Source: an uncultured bacterium
Lineage (GTDB): Bacteria; Chloroflexota; UBA5177; JANWHV01
Assembly (NCBI GenBank): GCA_963827235.1
Contig: CAWHAE010000015.1
Location: 18,741-82,740, forward strand
Direction: 5' to 3'
Length of the DNA: 64,000 bases
Shown in pieces: positions 1 to 9,656 of the stretch; positions within the stretch are counted from its first letter, which is position 1, and each line of letters starts with the position of its first letter. Below the pieces are notes generated by a model. The model had not been told where the DNA came from. It searched no databases and was given only the letters and a program-made list of their open reading frames with translations. A program made the position numbers and the translations under genes.

Positions 1-1851
1 CTGGATCGTGCTCGGCTCCTGGCTCTGGAGTTGGAGCGAACGCACGCGGCGGAAGAGCTGGCCCGCCTCCGGCAGCAGCAAGCGGAGGAGGCACACGCTC
101 TGGCCGCCATCAGCGGCGCGCTGGCGAGCACGCTCGAGCCCGGCCGGCTCTATGCCGTGATCCTCGAGCAGGCGGTCAAGGTTCTCCCCTGCGACCACGC
201 CGCCGTGCACCTGTACGAGGATGGCTGGGCGGTCGTGGCCGCGAGCTGGGGCGTGCATGCTCAACGGCCGGGCACGCGTATCTTCCCGGTCACGGCGGTC
301 GACCCGATGACCGTCTTTGGATCGGATGGCAAGCCAGCGCTCATTGCCGATACCAGCCGCATCCGCTGGATCGACGTACCGCCGTTTACCGGTGAGCTCA
401 CCATTAGGAGCACGCTGGTCGTGCCGCTCCTCTTCGACAGTGCCGTGGTGGGGACGTTCAACATCGACAGCTTCACGCCCAACTTCTACAGCCAGAGGCA
501 TCTCGACCTGGCAATCGCTCTCGGCGAGCAGGTCGGTCACGCGCTGCGCAACGCCAAGCTCTACGCCAGCGAGCAGGCCAGGGCGCAGACTGCCGAGGAG
601 CTTGCCCGCTTGCGGCAGGTACAGGCGGAAGCAGCCGAGATGCTGGCGCAGGTGAGCAGTGTCCTTGCCAGCACGCTCGAGCCGGCCGAGCTCTACCGGC
701 TCGTCCTCAGCCAGGTCTCACGCGTGATCCCCTGCGATAACGCCGCGGTGGTCCTGTATGAGAACGACTGGGTCGTGCTGGGCGCGAACTGGGGCGATCC
801 GCAGACGCCTCCGGGCACCCGCATGTTTCCCCTGTCGGAAATAGGGAACATGGCTAGCTTTTCGGCGGGCCAATGCGTGCTCATACGCGACACGGCCGAG
901 CAGCCGAGATGGAAAGCGCGTCCCCCATTCACCGGCATCACCGCCATCCGCAGCATACTCTTCGTGCCGCTCCTGCTGGACGGCAGGCTTGTCGGCTCGC
1001 TGAATATTGCCAGCTACACGCCGGGCATCTACGACCAGGGCCACCTTGCTCTGGCCGCGAGATTCGCCGAGCGCGTGCAGCACGCCATGCTCAACGCGCG
1101 GCTGTACCAGGCCGAGCAGCAGCGTGCCCGTGCCGCCGAAGCGCTGGTGCAGCTGCGTGAGGGCTTCGTCGCCTCGATCAGTCACGAGCTCCGCACACCC
1201 TTGACGGCAATCATCGGCTACGGTGAGCTGCTGCAGGCCCGGTGGGCCATGTTCGACGATTCCCAACGTCTGACCAGGATCGGCAGCATCGTGGCCGCCG
1301 CCAACAGGCTGCAGCGCCTGGTAGCCGATCTCCTGCTGCTCAACCAGCTGGAGACCGAGGCCCTGGTGCCGCACTGCCTGCCGGTGCCCCTGGATCCGCT
1401 CGTACGACAGGCGGTCGAGGAGGTGCAAGGCAGCTACGTGGGACAGGAAGTGGAGCTGAGCGGCCCCGGAGACGAGCTCGTGAACGCCGATCCGGATCGC
1501 ACGGTGCAGATCCTGGCCAACATGGTGGATAACGCCGCAAAGTACTCTCCCGAGGGCTGCCCGATCGTCATTAGCTGGGAGATCAAGGACCCGTTCCTGG
1601 TACTGCGTGTGCGCGACCAGGGAGCAGGAATCTCGGAGCAAGGCCGCGAGCACTTGTTCACACGCTTCGGCCGCGCGCCAGGGAGCAAGGTACGCTCCGG
1701 GCACGTCGGCACCGGACTTGGCCTGTACCTGGGGCGTCTGCTCGCCAGAGCCATGGGCGGCGAGCTCGAGCTCTTGTCCACCGGACCGCAGGGCAGCACG
1801 TTCCAGCTGCAACTTCCCAGGCCGACAGAGTGCTATGCTACAGAACGATGA
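1..1851 (+). CDS. Soluble multi-GAF sensor histidine kinase; the 5' end is probably outside the window
   Basis: Track ORF 31..1851, and the same frame has no stop back to base 1. Two ~190-aa linker+GAF-like modules repeat (EELARLRQ.QAE...ASTLEP..LY...PCD.AAV.LYE..W). They are followed by the H-box SISHELRTPL and HATPase_c motifs (DNAAKYSP, DQGAGI, GTGLGLYL). No TM segment. Confidence 0.85.
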   Translation: MDRARLLALELERTHAAEELARLRQQQAEEAHALAAISGALASTLEPGRLYAVILEQAVKVLPCDHAAVHLYEDGWAVVAASWGVHAQRPGTRIFPVTAVDPMTVFGSDGKPALIADTSRIRWIDVPPFTGELTIRSTLVVPLLFDSAVVGTFNIDSFTPNFYSQRHLDLAIALGEQVGHALRNAKLYASEQARAQTAEELARLRQVQAEAAEMLAQVSSVLASTLEPAELYRLVLSQVSRVIPCDNAAVVLYENDWVVLGANWGDPQTPPGTRMFPLSEIGNMASFSAGQCVLIRDTAEQPRWKARPPFTGITAIRSILFVPLLLDGRLVGSLNIASYTPGIYDQGHLALAARFAERVQHAMLNARLYQAEQQRARAAEALVQLREGFVASISHELRTPLTAIIGYGELLQARWAMFDDSQRLTRIGSIVAAANRLQRLVADLLLLNQLETEALVPHCLPVPLDPLVRQAVEEVQGSYVGQEVELSGPGDELVNADPDRTVQILANMVDNAAKYSPEGCPIVISWEIKDPFLVLRVRDQGAGISEQGREHLFTRFGRAPGSKVRSGHVGTGLGLYLGRLLARAMGGELELLSTGPQGSTFQLQLPRPTECYATER

Positions 1852-2291
1852 GCGCCTCAATCGAAGTTGATTTCCTGATCGTGGCCGACCGCGCCGAAGT
1901 GCTGAATGGAAAGCTCTACATGATGGGCGGCGGCTGGGATTCCATCGGCACAACCGGCCCCGACCAGCCCGTGCAGTTCACGGTTGCCGTGGGTCTTCTC
2001 GTTCCCTGGAATGCCACCAACGTGGAGTATCCCTGCGCCATCCGCCTGGAAGACGCGGACGGCGCCGCCGTGCTGAGTGTCAGCTATGCCATCAAGGCGG
2101 GACGACCGCCCAATCTACCCGAGGGCGCGACACAGCGCTTGACGGTCTGCCAGCCCATTGCCGCCATGTTTCCCCGGCCCGGCATGTATGTACTGGTCGC
2201 GACGGCCGGCGCGGACCAAAAACGTACGTCATTTCACGTGCGGCAGGCTCCGGCGCCCACGCCTCAGCCGTTCCGGCCGCCGCAGTCCTGA
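1848..2291 (+). CDS. Hypothetical protein (147 aa), translationally coupled to the kinase
   Basis: Track ORF 1830..2291. The Met7 ATG at 1848 overlaps the kinase stop (ATGA). Beta-rich sequence with a Pro-rich tail. No family recognised with confidence. Confidence 0.55.
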   Translation: MSASIEVDFLIVADRAEVLNGKLYMMGGGWDSIGTTGPDQPVQFTVAVGLLVPWNATNVEYPCAIRLEDADGAAVLSVSYAIKAGRPPNLPEGATQRLTVCQPIAAMFPRPGMYVLVATAGADQKRTSFHVRQAPAPTPQPFRPPQS

Positions 2292-2306
2292 TCCCGCGGA
2301 GCTCGC

Positions 2307-2711
2307 ATGACTGACTCGACCCTGGCCGACATTAGCGCCATGCTGGCCGCCATTGGCACCAGCGTGCTGCGCCTGCCCGAATCCCGCCCTTCCCAATTCG
2401 GCACCGAGTGGACCTCGGCGATCGGCGATCTGCTTCGCGCCTGCGACTCTCTCATCCATGCGCTGACCGGGCGTGGCGAGCAAGAGTCTGGGGCGGATCA
2501 CCTGCTTGCCGAGGCTCGCGCGTACCGCCGGCTGCTCTTCCTGGCCATCGCCGAGGCCGATCCGGATCAGGCAGTGTTCTGGACGGAGGCGTACAAAGAG
2601 AGCGAGCGCGTTTCCGAGGCGCAGACGGCAGCCGGACTGCATCCACGCTATTTCGCCGACCAGCAAGCCGAGTCCGACCTGCGCGCCCGCTGGCTGGGCG
2701 ACGACGCCTGA
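2307..2711 (+). CDS. Hypothetical helical protein (134 aa)
   Basis: Track ORF, 15 nt after the previous stop, same strand, protein-like composition. No recognisable motif. Confidence 0.5.
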   Translation: MTDSTLADISAMLAAIGTSVLRLPESRPSQFGTEWTSAIGDLLRACDSLIHALTGRGEQESGADHLLAEARAYRRLLFLAIAEADPDQAVFWTEAYKESERVSEAQTAAGLHPRYFADQQAESDLRARWLGDDA

Positions 2712-2908
2712 GGCCTAAGCGGCACGAGCACGCCGTGGCTGCAGGAGCTGTTCACCTACCGCGGCGACCAGGTGGGCTATATAGTGCGGTCTTCGGAGCC
2801 TGGTGCTGGCCGGCGCAGGAGACCCCTGGTTCGCGCCGCGGCGCATTTGGCCGCGTAGTCTCCTCCCCTGGACGGCATCGCTCCGGACCCCGGCCGGCGC
2901 CGGTCGGG

Positions 2909-3604
2909 TTACGGCTGTTCCTCCGGCACATCCCGGTCGTGCTCGGGATCGCGCTCGGGCGGCTCGAATCGCGGGCCGGCGGCGCCCTCTTCCTGCGCGA
3001 TGAAGAGCTTCGGGTTGATGATCCGCTTCTCGAAGTCCACCCAGATTCGTGCGTCGTGGCGGCAGTCGTACAGGCGGCAGACGCCCGGCCGGTGCTCGTA
3101 GATCGTGCAGCCGAGGCCGGCCCGATCCTGGTGTACGCAGCGCTTGTCCGGACCAAGGCGATTGACATACGGCTGGCTCAGGTCCCATCGCATCACGCCT
3201 TCCTCGAGGTCTTGCGCTGAGAGCGCGAAGCGCATGGCGCAGCATGCCGCGCGACAGAGCGGAATGCGGTTCTCGCAATCGATCTGCGGCAGAGCATCGG
3301 CGGGGATGGCATATTTGTCCGCGATGCGGATGTCCATCTTGACCCCGATCTGCTTCTCCCGGAACAGCGCGCGGAGCCTCCGTGCGACCACCTCGCGCTG
3401 GGCCTTGAGCTCTTCCCTGGCTATCAGCCCCTTCTCCACGAGCAGGTTCGAGAGTGCGCCTACCTCCGTGGCCGTGACGAAGAGTTGCTGCGCTATGTCG
3501 TTTGCCTGCTCGTTGGCGTGCTGTATGCCGCGGGTGACCTGCGCTTCCTCGCCTTCCATCGGCTGATTGGACGCATGGGTCGTTCTTGTCTGGTCGTCGT
3601 CCAT
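2909..3604 (-). CDS. YkgJ/UPF0153-type cysteine-cluster protein with an N-terminal coiled-coil extension
   Basis: Track ORF 2909..3664; Met21 (3604, MDDDQTR) preferred as start. Cys clusters CENRIPLCRAACC and CVHQ..GCTIYEHRPGVCRLYDC. Confidence 0.7.
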   Translation of the reverse strand: MDDDQTRTTHASNQPMEGEEAQVTRGIQHANEQANDIAQQLFVTATEVGALSNLLVEKGLIAREELKAQREVVARRLRALFREKQIGVKMDIRIADKYAIPADALPQIDCENRIPLCRAACCAMRFALSAQDLEEGVMRWDLSQPYVNRLGPDKRCVHQDRAGLGCTIYEHRPGVCRLYDCRHDARIWVDFEKRIINPKLFIAQEEGAAGPRFEPPERDPEHDRDVPEEQP

Positions 3605-3678
3605 GCTGGTTCTCCTTGAGCGTGCCGGCGCACCCGACGTGCGTCGTCTCCCCGGTGCCGGCACGCTTGCGGTGTTCG

Positions 3679-4872
3679 TTACCTGTTCGTGTTGCGGGCC
3701 CCTTCAGCGGCGGCGGTGACCCGTGCTCGTGCCACCGCGTCGCTCGTCACCACGATCGTGGGCACCACGGGCTGCCTGAAGTACTCTCCCTTGTATTCGC
3801 GCAACAGCTCGTCGCCGTCGTGATCCCAGGAGAAATCCGGCCGGCGCAGCAGGAGCTGGAAGAGCCGGCTCGCTTTGCCGGGATCCCGGGCAGCCAGGCG
3901 GCTGAGCAAGCGCGGCGACGTTGCAGGATCCCGCAGGGAATTGAGCAGCACTTTGCGCGTCCGCCTCAGCACGCTGCGTTCCGGGCGCTCGAACGCCTCC
4001 AGCACACGGCCGAAGTCCGGCAGAAAGCTCAACCCGTCGATCTCGTCGTAAATCAGTCCAACTGTTTCCGATTGGATGAGCTCATCCGGCAGCTCGAGCA
4101 CCGGCACGACGGGCTCCACGCCGTACTTCTCCCTGGCCCGCTCGGCGGCCGTCGTGCCGCTGGCATCTTGCTGCCCATACAGCTCGTAGTGGTGGAATGC
4201 CTGCATGCGCTCGGCGAGCTCGCGTCCGGGTACGACGATCATGTCGGAGCCGAAGAACGTCACGAAGGCCGCCTGGTTCTCTCGCTGCAGCTTCCATCCC
4301 AGCTCCAGCTTGGCTGGATTGCGATAGACGAGCTCGGGATGCTGCAGGGCGATACGGGTCGCCATCTGATACGCAGCCTCTTGCTCGGTGGCGGGCAGCG
4401 TGGCCAGAACGCCGCTGACCAGCCAGGCATCCTCCAGCGGTACCAGACGCCCGATCACGAACGATCCGGCCTCGAGCGGATCGAAGACGGCAGCGCCCAT
4501 GCTCGAATACGTGAGGTAGGGAAGGTCGTCGACCAGGCTGGCAAGCTGCACGGCGTCACCCCGGCGACCTTCGACGGTGAAGATGCCCTCGACCGGCCGG
4601 CACCAGCTCCAAAGCATCTCCCGTTCTTCCTGGGAAAGCTCGGGGTGGGCGTCAAGGAAATGGTCGACGACGCCGCGGCTGTCCCTGAGGCGGTGCTGCA
4701 GTATGAAGTGGTCTAGCGCTGCGATGTCGAACGTGCCGTCGGGCTCGAAGAGCCGGCCGCTTTGCCGTTCTACCAGTCGCAAATCGCGATCGAAGCGACC
4801 GCTCAGGGCGAATGCAACCAACTCTCCCTTGAGATCGCCGCCCCGCTGTACGAGCTCTTCGGTGACCGCCAT
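3679..4872 (-). CDS. Hypothetical protein (397 aa), family not recognised
   Basis: Track ORF with globular, protein-like composition. It ends 74 nt upstream of the YkgJ-type gene on the same strand. Confidence 0.6.
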   Translation of the reverse strand: MAVTEELVQRGGDLKGELVAFALSGRFDRDLRLVERQSGRLFEPDGTFDIAALDHFILQHRLRDSRGVVDHFLDAHPELSQEEREMLWSWCRPVEGIFTVEGRRGDAVQLASLVDDLPYLTYSSMGAAVFDPLEAGSFVIGRLVPLEDAWLVSGVLATLPATEQEAAYQMATRIALQHPELVYRNPAKLELGWKLQRENQAAFVTFFGSDMIVVPGRELAERMQAFHHYELYGQQDASGTTAAERAREKYGVEPVVPVLELPDELIQSETVGLIYDEIDGLSFLPDFGRVLEAFERPERSVLRRTRKVLLNSLRDPATSPRLLSRLAARDPGKASRLFQLLLRRPDFSWDHDGDELLREYKGEYFRQPVVPTIVVTSDAVARARVTAAAEGARNTNR

Positions 4873-5077
4873 GTGCTACCTGCCCTCCTCCCCCAACGTA
4901 TCACGACGCCTGGTATGGGGCCGGATGCACCAGCCGGGGTGTCCGGGGAGGGGCCTACCACTCGTCCAGAGCCGAATGCTCAGGGGCCATCTTGCCACCC
5001 CCTGCAAGCTGTACGTGCACGACGCAGTCCGGGCATCAGACGGTCTATCTCGGGCCGGCATACCACGGGCGCAGTGG

Positions 5078-6301
5078 TCACGCCTTCGCTTCCTGCAGCT
5101 CGTCCCGCGCGGCTGCAAAGGCCTCTGCCGCCCGCAGCAGGTCCTCGGTCGTATGGGCGGCTGAAAGCTGCGTGCGGATGCGAGCCTTGCCGTGCGGCAC
5201 CACCGGGTAGGAAAAGGCGACCACGTACACGCCCTTCTCCAGCAGTCGATCGGCCAATCGCGCCGCTCGCGCCGCGTCCCCAATCATCACCGGCACGATG
5301 GGGTGGTCGCCCGGCAAGATGTCGAAGGCGAGAGCCGTCATGCGCTCGCGGAACAGCGCGGTGTTGGCGCGCAGCCGGGTGCGCAGATCATCCGACGTGG
5401 TCAGCAGATCGAGTGCCGCCAGCGAGGCTGCCACGATTGCCGGCGCCACGGTATTGCTGAAGAGATAGGGACGCGAGCGCTGGCGCAGCAGCGCCACGAT
5501 CTGGCGGCGACCGCTCGTGTAGCCGCCACTGGCGCCGCCGAGAGCCTTGCCCAGGGTACCGGTCACGATATCGACCCGGTCGGCGACGCCGTGCAGCTCG
5601 GGCGTACCCCGTCCGCTGGGACCGACGAAGCCGACCGCGTGGGAGTCGTCTACCATGACCATGGCGCCGTAGCGGTCGGCGAGGTCGCAGATCTCGCGCA
5701 GCGGCGCCACGTAGCCGTCCATGGAGAAGACGCCGTCCGTGGCGATCAGCTTGCGGCGGGCCCCGCCGGCGGACTGCAGCTGAGCCTCCAGATCGGCCAT
5801 GTCGCGGTTCCGGTAGCGGAGGCGGCTCGCCTTGCACAGGCGGATGCCGTCGATGATGCTGGCGTGGTTGAGCTCGTCCGAGATCACGGCGTCCTGCTCG
5901 CCGAGCAGCGTCTCGAAGAGGCCGCCGTTGGCGTCGAAACACGAGCCGTAGAGAATGGTGTCCTCGGTGCCGAGAAAGGCGCTGATCCGTTGCTCCAGAT
6001 CCTTGTGGATCTCCTGAGTGCCGCAGATGAAGCGTACGGAGGAGAGGCCGAAGCCCCAGCGGTCCAGCGCGTCGCGGGCGGCGGCAACCAGAGTCGGGTG
6101 ATCGGCCAGGCCGAGGTAGTTGTTGGCGCAGAGGTTGAGCACGGCCTTGCCGCCGGCCACGCGCACGTGCGCGCCCTGCGGCGACGTCAGGATGCGCTCG
6201 CCCTTGTACAGGCCGGCGGCGCGAATGCCCTCAATCTCGGCGCTGAGCTCGTCACGTAGCGCTGCGAACATGTGGTCCTCCATGTCTAGCCGGCTCGGCA
6301 T
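5078..6301 (-). CDS. kbl: Glycine C-acetyltransferase (2-amino-3-ketobutyrate CoA ligase)
   Basis: Full-length match to the Kbl/AONS class-II aminotransferase pattern ([44 protein letters not shown]). The true start may be Met11 at 6271. Confidence 0.9.
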   Translation of the reverse strand: MPSRLDMEDHMFAALRDELSAEIEGIRAAGLYKGERILTSPQGAHVRVAGGKAVLNLCANNYLGLADHPTLVAAARDALDRWGFGLSSVRFICGTQEIHKDLEQRISAFLGTEDTILYGSCFDANGGLFETLLGEQDAVISDELNHASIIDGIRLCKASRLRYRNRDMADLEAQLQSAGGARRKLIATDGVFSMDGYVAPLREICDLADRYGAMVMVDDSHAVGFVGPSGRGTPELHGVADRVDIVTGTLGKALGGASGGYTSGRRQIVALLRQRSRPYLFSNTVAPAIVAASLAALDLLTTSDDLRTRLRANTALFRERMTALAFDILPGDHPIVPVMIGDAARAARLADRLLEKGVYVVAFSYPVVPHGKARIRTQLSAAHTTEDLLRAAEAFAAARDELQEAKA

Positions 6302-7021
6302 GGCGGGCCGGCTTCCTGTGTGCTCACGTGCTCATGGCGGTCAGTCTACCACCGTCGCCGCGTGGCAAAGCGGCGATGGATCTGTTCACCTGTCTTCCGG
6401 GCGCACCCAAAGAGCTGTCATTTCGCGGGTGATGCGGTGCTCGCACGCGGACACGGGGCGATCATGGCGTCCAGTGCCACTGCAGAATTCCACCGGCCGC
6501 AGTAGCCAAGTACCGGCTATTTCTTCCCGTGGCGGACTTATACACTGCATCACTTGTCGGGCACATGGCGGAAGTCGCCTCAACGGAGTCGTTGCCTGCC
6601 GTGCATGTTCATGCGAGATGGTGATTGCCGCAACCATAAGGTTGGAGAGGTTTTGGAGCTTATTGGCTTCTCTTCCAGCAAGCAAGCGCGATGGGCGCAG
6701 ATCGCTAACTAGATGAGGCCGGCTGAGCCGGATCGGCGCGCCGGTAAGGTCGGATCACAGCCATCGTGTGCGCAGCAGATTACGGCTACAGCTGCGGTCA
6801 GGCCCTGAAGCGAGCAGCGCCGGACCCGGGCAGTCCTCGCAGAGGATGCGGTCACGAATGCCGGCGCGGCGGCCACTTCCTACTAGACAGTCTCCTGGCG
6901 GGCAGACCATACTGGTAGCGGCTAAGCAGGCCGTACCATTCTAGGGCGAGGGGAACGACGCTTCATGTTCCGTGTTCCGCATCGCGTTTCGCGGTTGTCT
7001 CACCCAATCCCACTCGGCCCG

Positions 7022-7318
7022 CTACTGGTCCCGTGTCTCGCCTTCCAGGAACGGTATGACCACGTAGTGATGCTTGCCCTCGCCAAGGGCCGCAAGCAGC
7101 TCGGGCAGGTGCCGGTTGCACAATGACGACAGAAGGCCGGTCTCGCGCGCCAACCACCCCTGGGCCTGGTCCCGTTGCTCGTCCTTCTCGCGGTCGTGCT
7201 TGTGCTCCCGCGCGCTACCACCGGGCTGGTCGCCATCACACGCCGCCGCGCTCCCCAGATACCCCAGCACCGTCGCCACCGCTGCCGCTGCTACGGAGCC
7301 GAGCGTCTGCACGAGCAA
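7022..7318 (-). CDS. Small putative lipoprotein (98 aa)
   Basis: Track ORF with TTG start. N-terminal hydrophobic segment ending in a lipobox-like LGSAAAC. High third-position GC. Confidence 0.4.
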   Translation of the reverse strand: MLVQTLGSVAAAAVATVLGYLGSAAACDGDQPGGSAREHKHDREKDEQRDQAQGWLARETGLLSSLCNRHLPELLAALGEGKHHYVVIPFLEGETRDQ

Positions 7319-7466
7319 GCGCTGGCGCGAGACCTGTCCGTCGCGAGCGCGTTGGGCGGCCGCCGGGGCTCAACGGCCGCTTTCGCCTGCGTCTCAAACC
7401 GGGTCGAGTAGAGGTCGTTCCCTACTCTATGAGCGGTGTTCCGGCGCACAATGAACCGGACGCGTC

Positions 7467-8888
7467 TCACGGCGCCTGGTAGACCGTGACCCGCGCGAAT
7501 CGCCCGACGGTCGCCGCGTTGTCGGGCGCGTCGGCCATGACCCCCCAGTTCCCAGGACCAAGCGGCTGTGGATCCGCATAAGTGTCGAACACGTGGTTGT
7601 TGACGACGGCCGACATGCTGCTGCCCATGACCTGGAGCGTCAGCACGTTGTCGCCAGTGGCGTCGACCCAGCCGACCGTGTCCTGGCAATGCAGCGCGGT
7701 CCAATTGCCAAGGACGTCCTTGAGGAGGCACACCTCACCGTTCGTGGCAATCTCGAGCACGTACATCGAGTTGCCACTTGTGGTCGAGACTGTCTCGCGC
7801 GCGACTACACCTGCGTGCCCTGTGCCCGTGAGGCTCAGCGTTGCGCTGATGGCGCCGTCGGCAAGATTCGAGCCGGTAGTCGCGGTTCGGTAGAAGCCGC
7901 CGGCGGCGACGAGTATATAGCGGCCGTTGGCGTAGCTCGCCGGCCCGCTCGGCCAGTGGATCGTGTCCGGGCCGGCCGAGAAATCGCTGTCCGTCAGGAT
8001 CTGCGAGCCACTGCTCACGCCCATCGGCAAGACCGGCGTGGCTGTGGGAGGCGGCGTTGGTGTCAGAGGCAACGTGGTAGAGGTCGGCAGCGGCGTGGCA
8101 GTGAAGGACGGCGATACCGTCGGCGTGGACGACGGCGTGAGCGTGGCGCTCGGCGTGGCTGTGAGAGACGCCGTCGACGTGGCGGTCGGCGTCTCTGTGG
8201 GCGATGGACTCTTGGTCGACGTCGCTGCTGCCGGTATCGCGACCAACCGCGGTCCGGTGATCGTGATGCTTTCGATGATGCGGCCGAGCGCGCGTGCCTG
8301 GCCCGAGGCACCTGAGCGCGGCTTCCCGTTCGCTACCGTGATGCAGGCGGTGTAGAACGAGTAGATCGTATGCTCGCGAAACGTCGCGAGCGCGCGTACC
8401 TGCACGGCCTGCCCGCGCGGCTCCTGAACTGTCGCGCTCGCTTCGCCGAAGCGCACGTTGCCGATGCTCTGCGTGCTGTAGGCGCTCTTGCCCGCCTTGA
8501 CGTGCCCGTTGGACGTCACCATGCCGATCAGGATGCGTCGCAGGTCGGATGCCGACTGCGAGGTTATGCTGCCCTTGGCATTACCCCGAAACTCGGCGCC
8601 ACCGTCCGCCGTCCGAATGCGCAGCTGCGCGTCCACCGCTTTCACGCGCACCCAGTCTGCTGGATACGACACCGAGTACCCGAACGCGGCATTCTGATAG
8701 ACGACGGTGGGCGACGCGGCCGTGGGAACAACGGCCTCGGCCAGCGTGGAGAAATAGTGAGGCGCGCCGGTCGCGCGTGCCTGGCCCATACCAACCGGTA
8801 GCAGAGCGGGCATGAGCGTGACGATGAGCGCGAGGCGCAAGGTGCCGTGTCGCCGTGGTTCTCTGGGTGACCTGTCGTCGGGCAACAT
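7467..8888 (-). CDS. Exported two-domain protein with a Pro/Thr-rich linker and a C-terminal lectin/LamG-like domain
   Basis: Track ORF 7467..8945. Met20 (8888) is preceded by AGGAGG. Signal-like LRLALIVTLMPALLPVGMGQARA, a ~70-aa PT linker, and a beta-rich C-terminal domain. Confidence 0.7.
   Translation of the reverse strand: MLPDDRSPREPRRHGTLRLALIVTLMPALLPVGMGQARATGAPHYFSTLAEAVVPTAASPTVVYQNAAFGYSVSYPADWVRVKAVDAQLRIRTADGGAEFRGNAKGSITSQSASDLRRILIGMVTSNGHVKAGKSAYSTQSIGNVRFGEASATVQEPRGQAVQVRALATFREHTIYSFYTACITVANGKPRSGASGQARALGRIIESITITGPRLVAIPAAATSTKSPSPTETPTATSTASLTATPSATLTPSSTPTVSPSFTATPLPTSTTLPLTPTPPPTATPVLPMGVSSGSQILTDSDFSAGPDTIHWPSGPASYANGRYILVAAGGFYRTATTGSNLADGAISATLSLTGTGHAGVVARETVSTTSGNSMYVLEIATNGEVCLLKDVLGNWTALHCQDTVGWVDATGDNVLTLQVMGSSMSAVVNNHVFDTYADPQPLGPGNWGVMADAPDNAATVGRFARVTVYQAP
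8025..8231 (-). repeat. Low-complexity Pro/Thr/Ser linker-coding region
   Basis: Encodes AAATSTKSPSPTETPTATSTASLTATPSATLTPSSTPTVSPSFTATPLPTSTTLPLTPTPPPTATP. Confidence 0.8.
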
Positions 8889-9656
8889 CAGGTGACGTTC
8901 CTCCTGTGTACCATCCTCCTCGAGATACAGACTCTTCCATATCATATGTCACGCCACGTCACCGAGAGTGAAGCCATGGTGGAGCGCACGGACTCGCTAG
9001 CGCGCTGGCGAAGGCGGGTGAGACGCCCGTGCTCCCAGGCACGCACGCCTCGGCGCAGATCCGACCGTGGCTTCGGTCTAGACAAGGCGCACACCGGCGG
9101 CCACAGACGAGCCGCCCTGGGGCACCATACCAAGAGAAGCAACAGCACGAACTGGAGGTTTGGAGACGTGCGATGACGGCACCGTGATCTCGCCGAACAG
9201 TGAGACGTAGCATCGGCGCCCACCGGCTCTGAATCTGAGGCGGCCGAGTGCATTTGTATTCATGTGTCCAAGCGCCGCGAGCCGAGCACAGCATAGACCG
9301 GCGGTGGGCCTCAGGAAGCTACCTGACGAACCCGGTATGGGTGCAGGGATCGCGCGACACGAGTGAAGAGCCTGTGCCGTTCACGCACCAACCGAGAGCT
9401 GGACACGTGGCGCCGCGCGGTTCCCAGCTCAACCGAGCACACTCCGCGCGTGTGTGCAGGCGGGTTCATTGAGAGTTTTTGCTAGCGTGTGGCCTGTTGC
9501 TGAGAGTTGGGCACGGCATAGTGTTGAGCTATCGGGATTGACTCGATGTGGCGTTGCCAGACCCCACCATGCCGATGCAGTACGGCGTGGGCTGGCAACA
9601 ACACATTCTGCCACCGTTCGGATTTGTGCGATCGTGAAGCGCTAAAGGAGAAGGTC

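Noticed and set aside
718-1953. 411-aa ORF antisense to the histidine kinase. Similar long shadow ORFs: 5192..6259, 14644..16110, 20741..22111, 28842..30707, 32033..33463, 37107..38774, 47116..48660, 56852..58273, 58862..60067.
   Set aside because: Each lies opposite a gene with clear family motifs. Their translations are Arg/Gly/Ala/Pro-rich low-complexity sequences typical of high-GC antisense frames.
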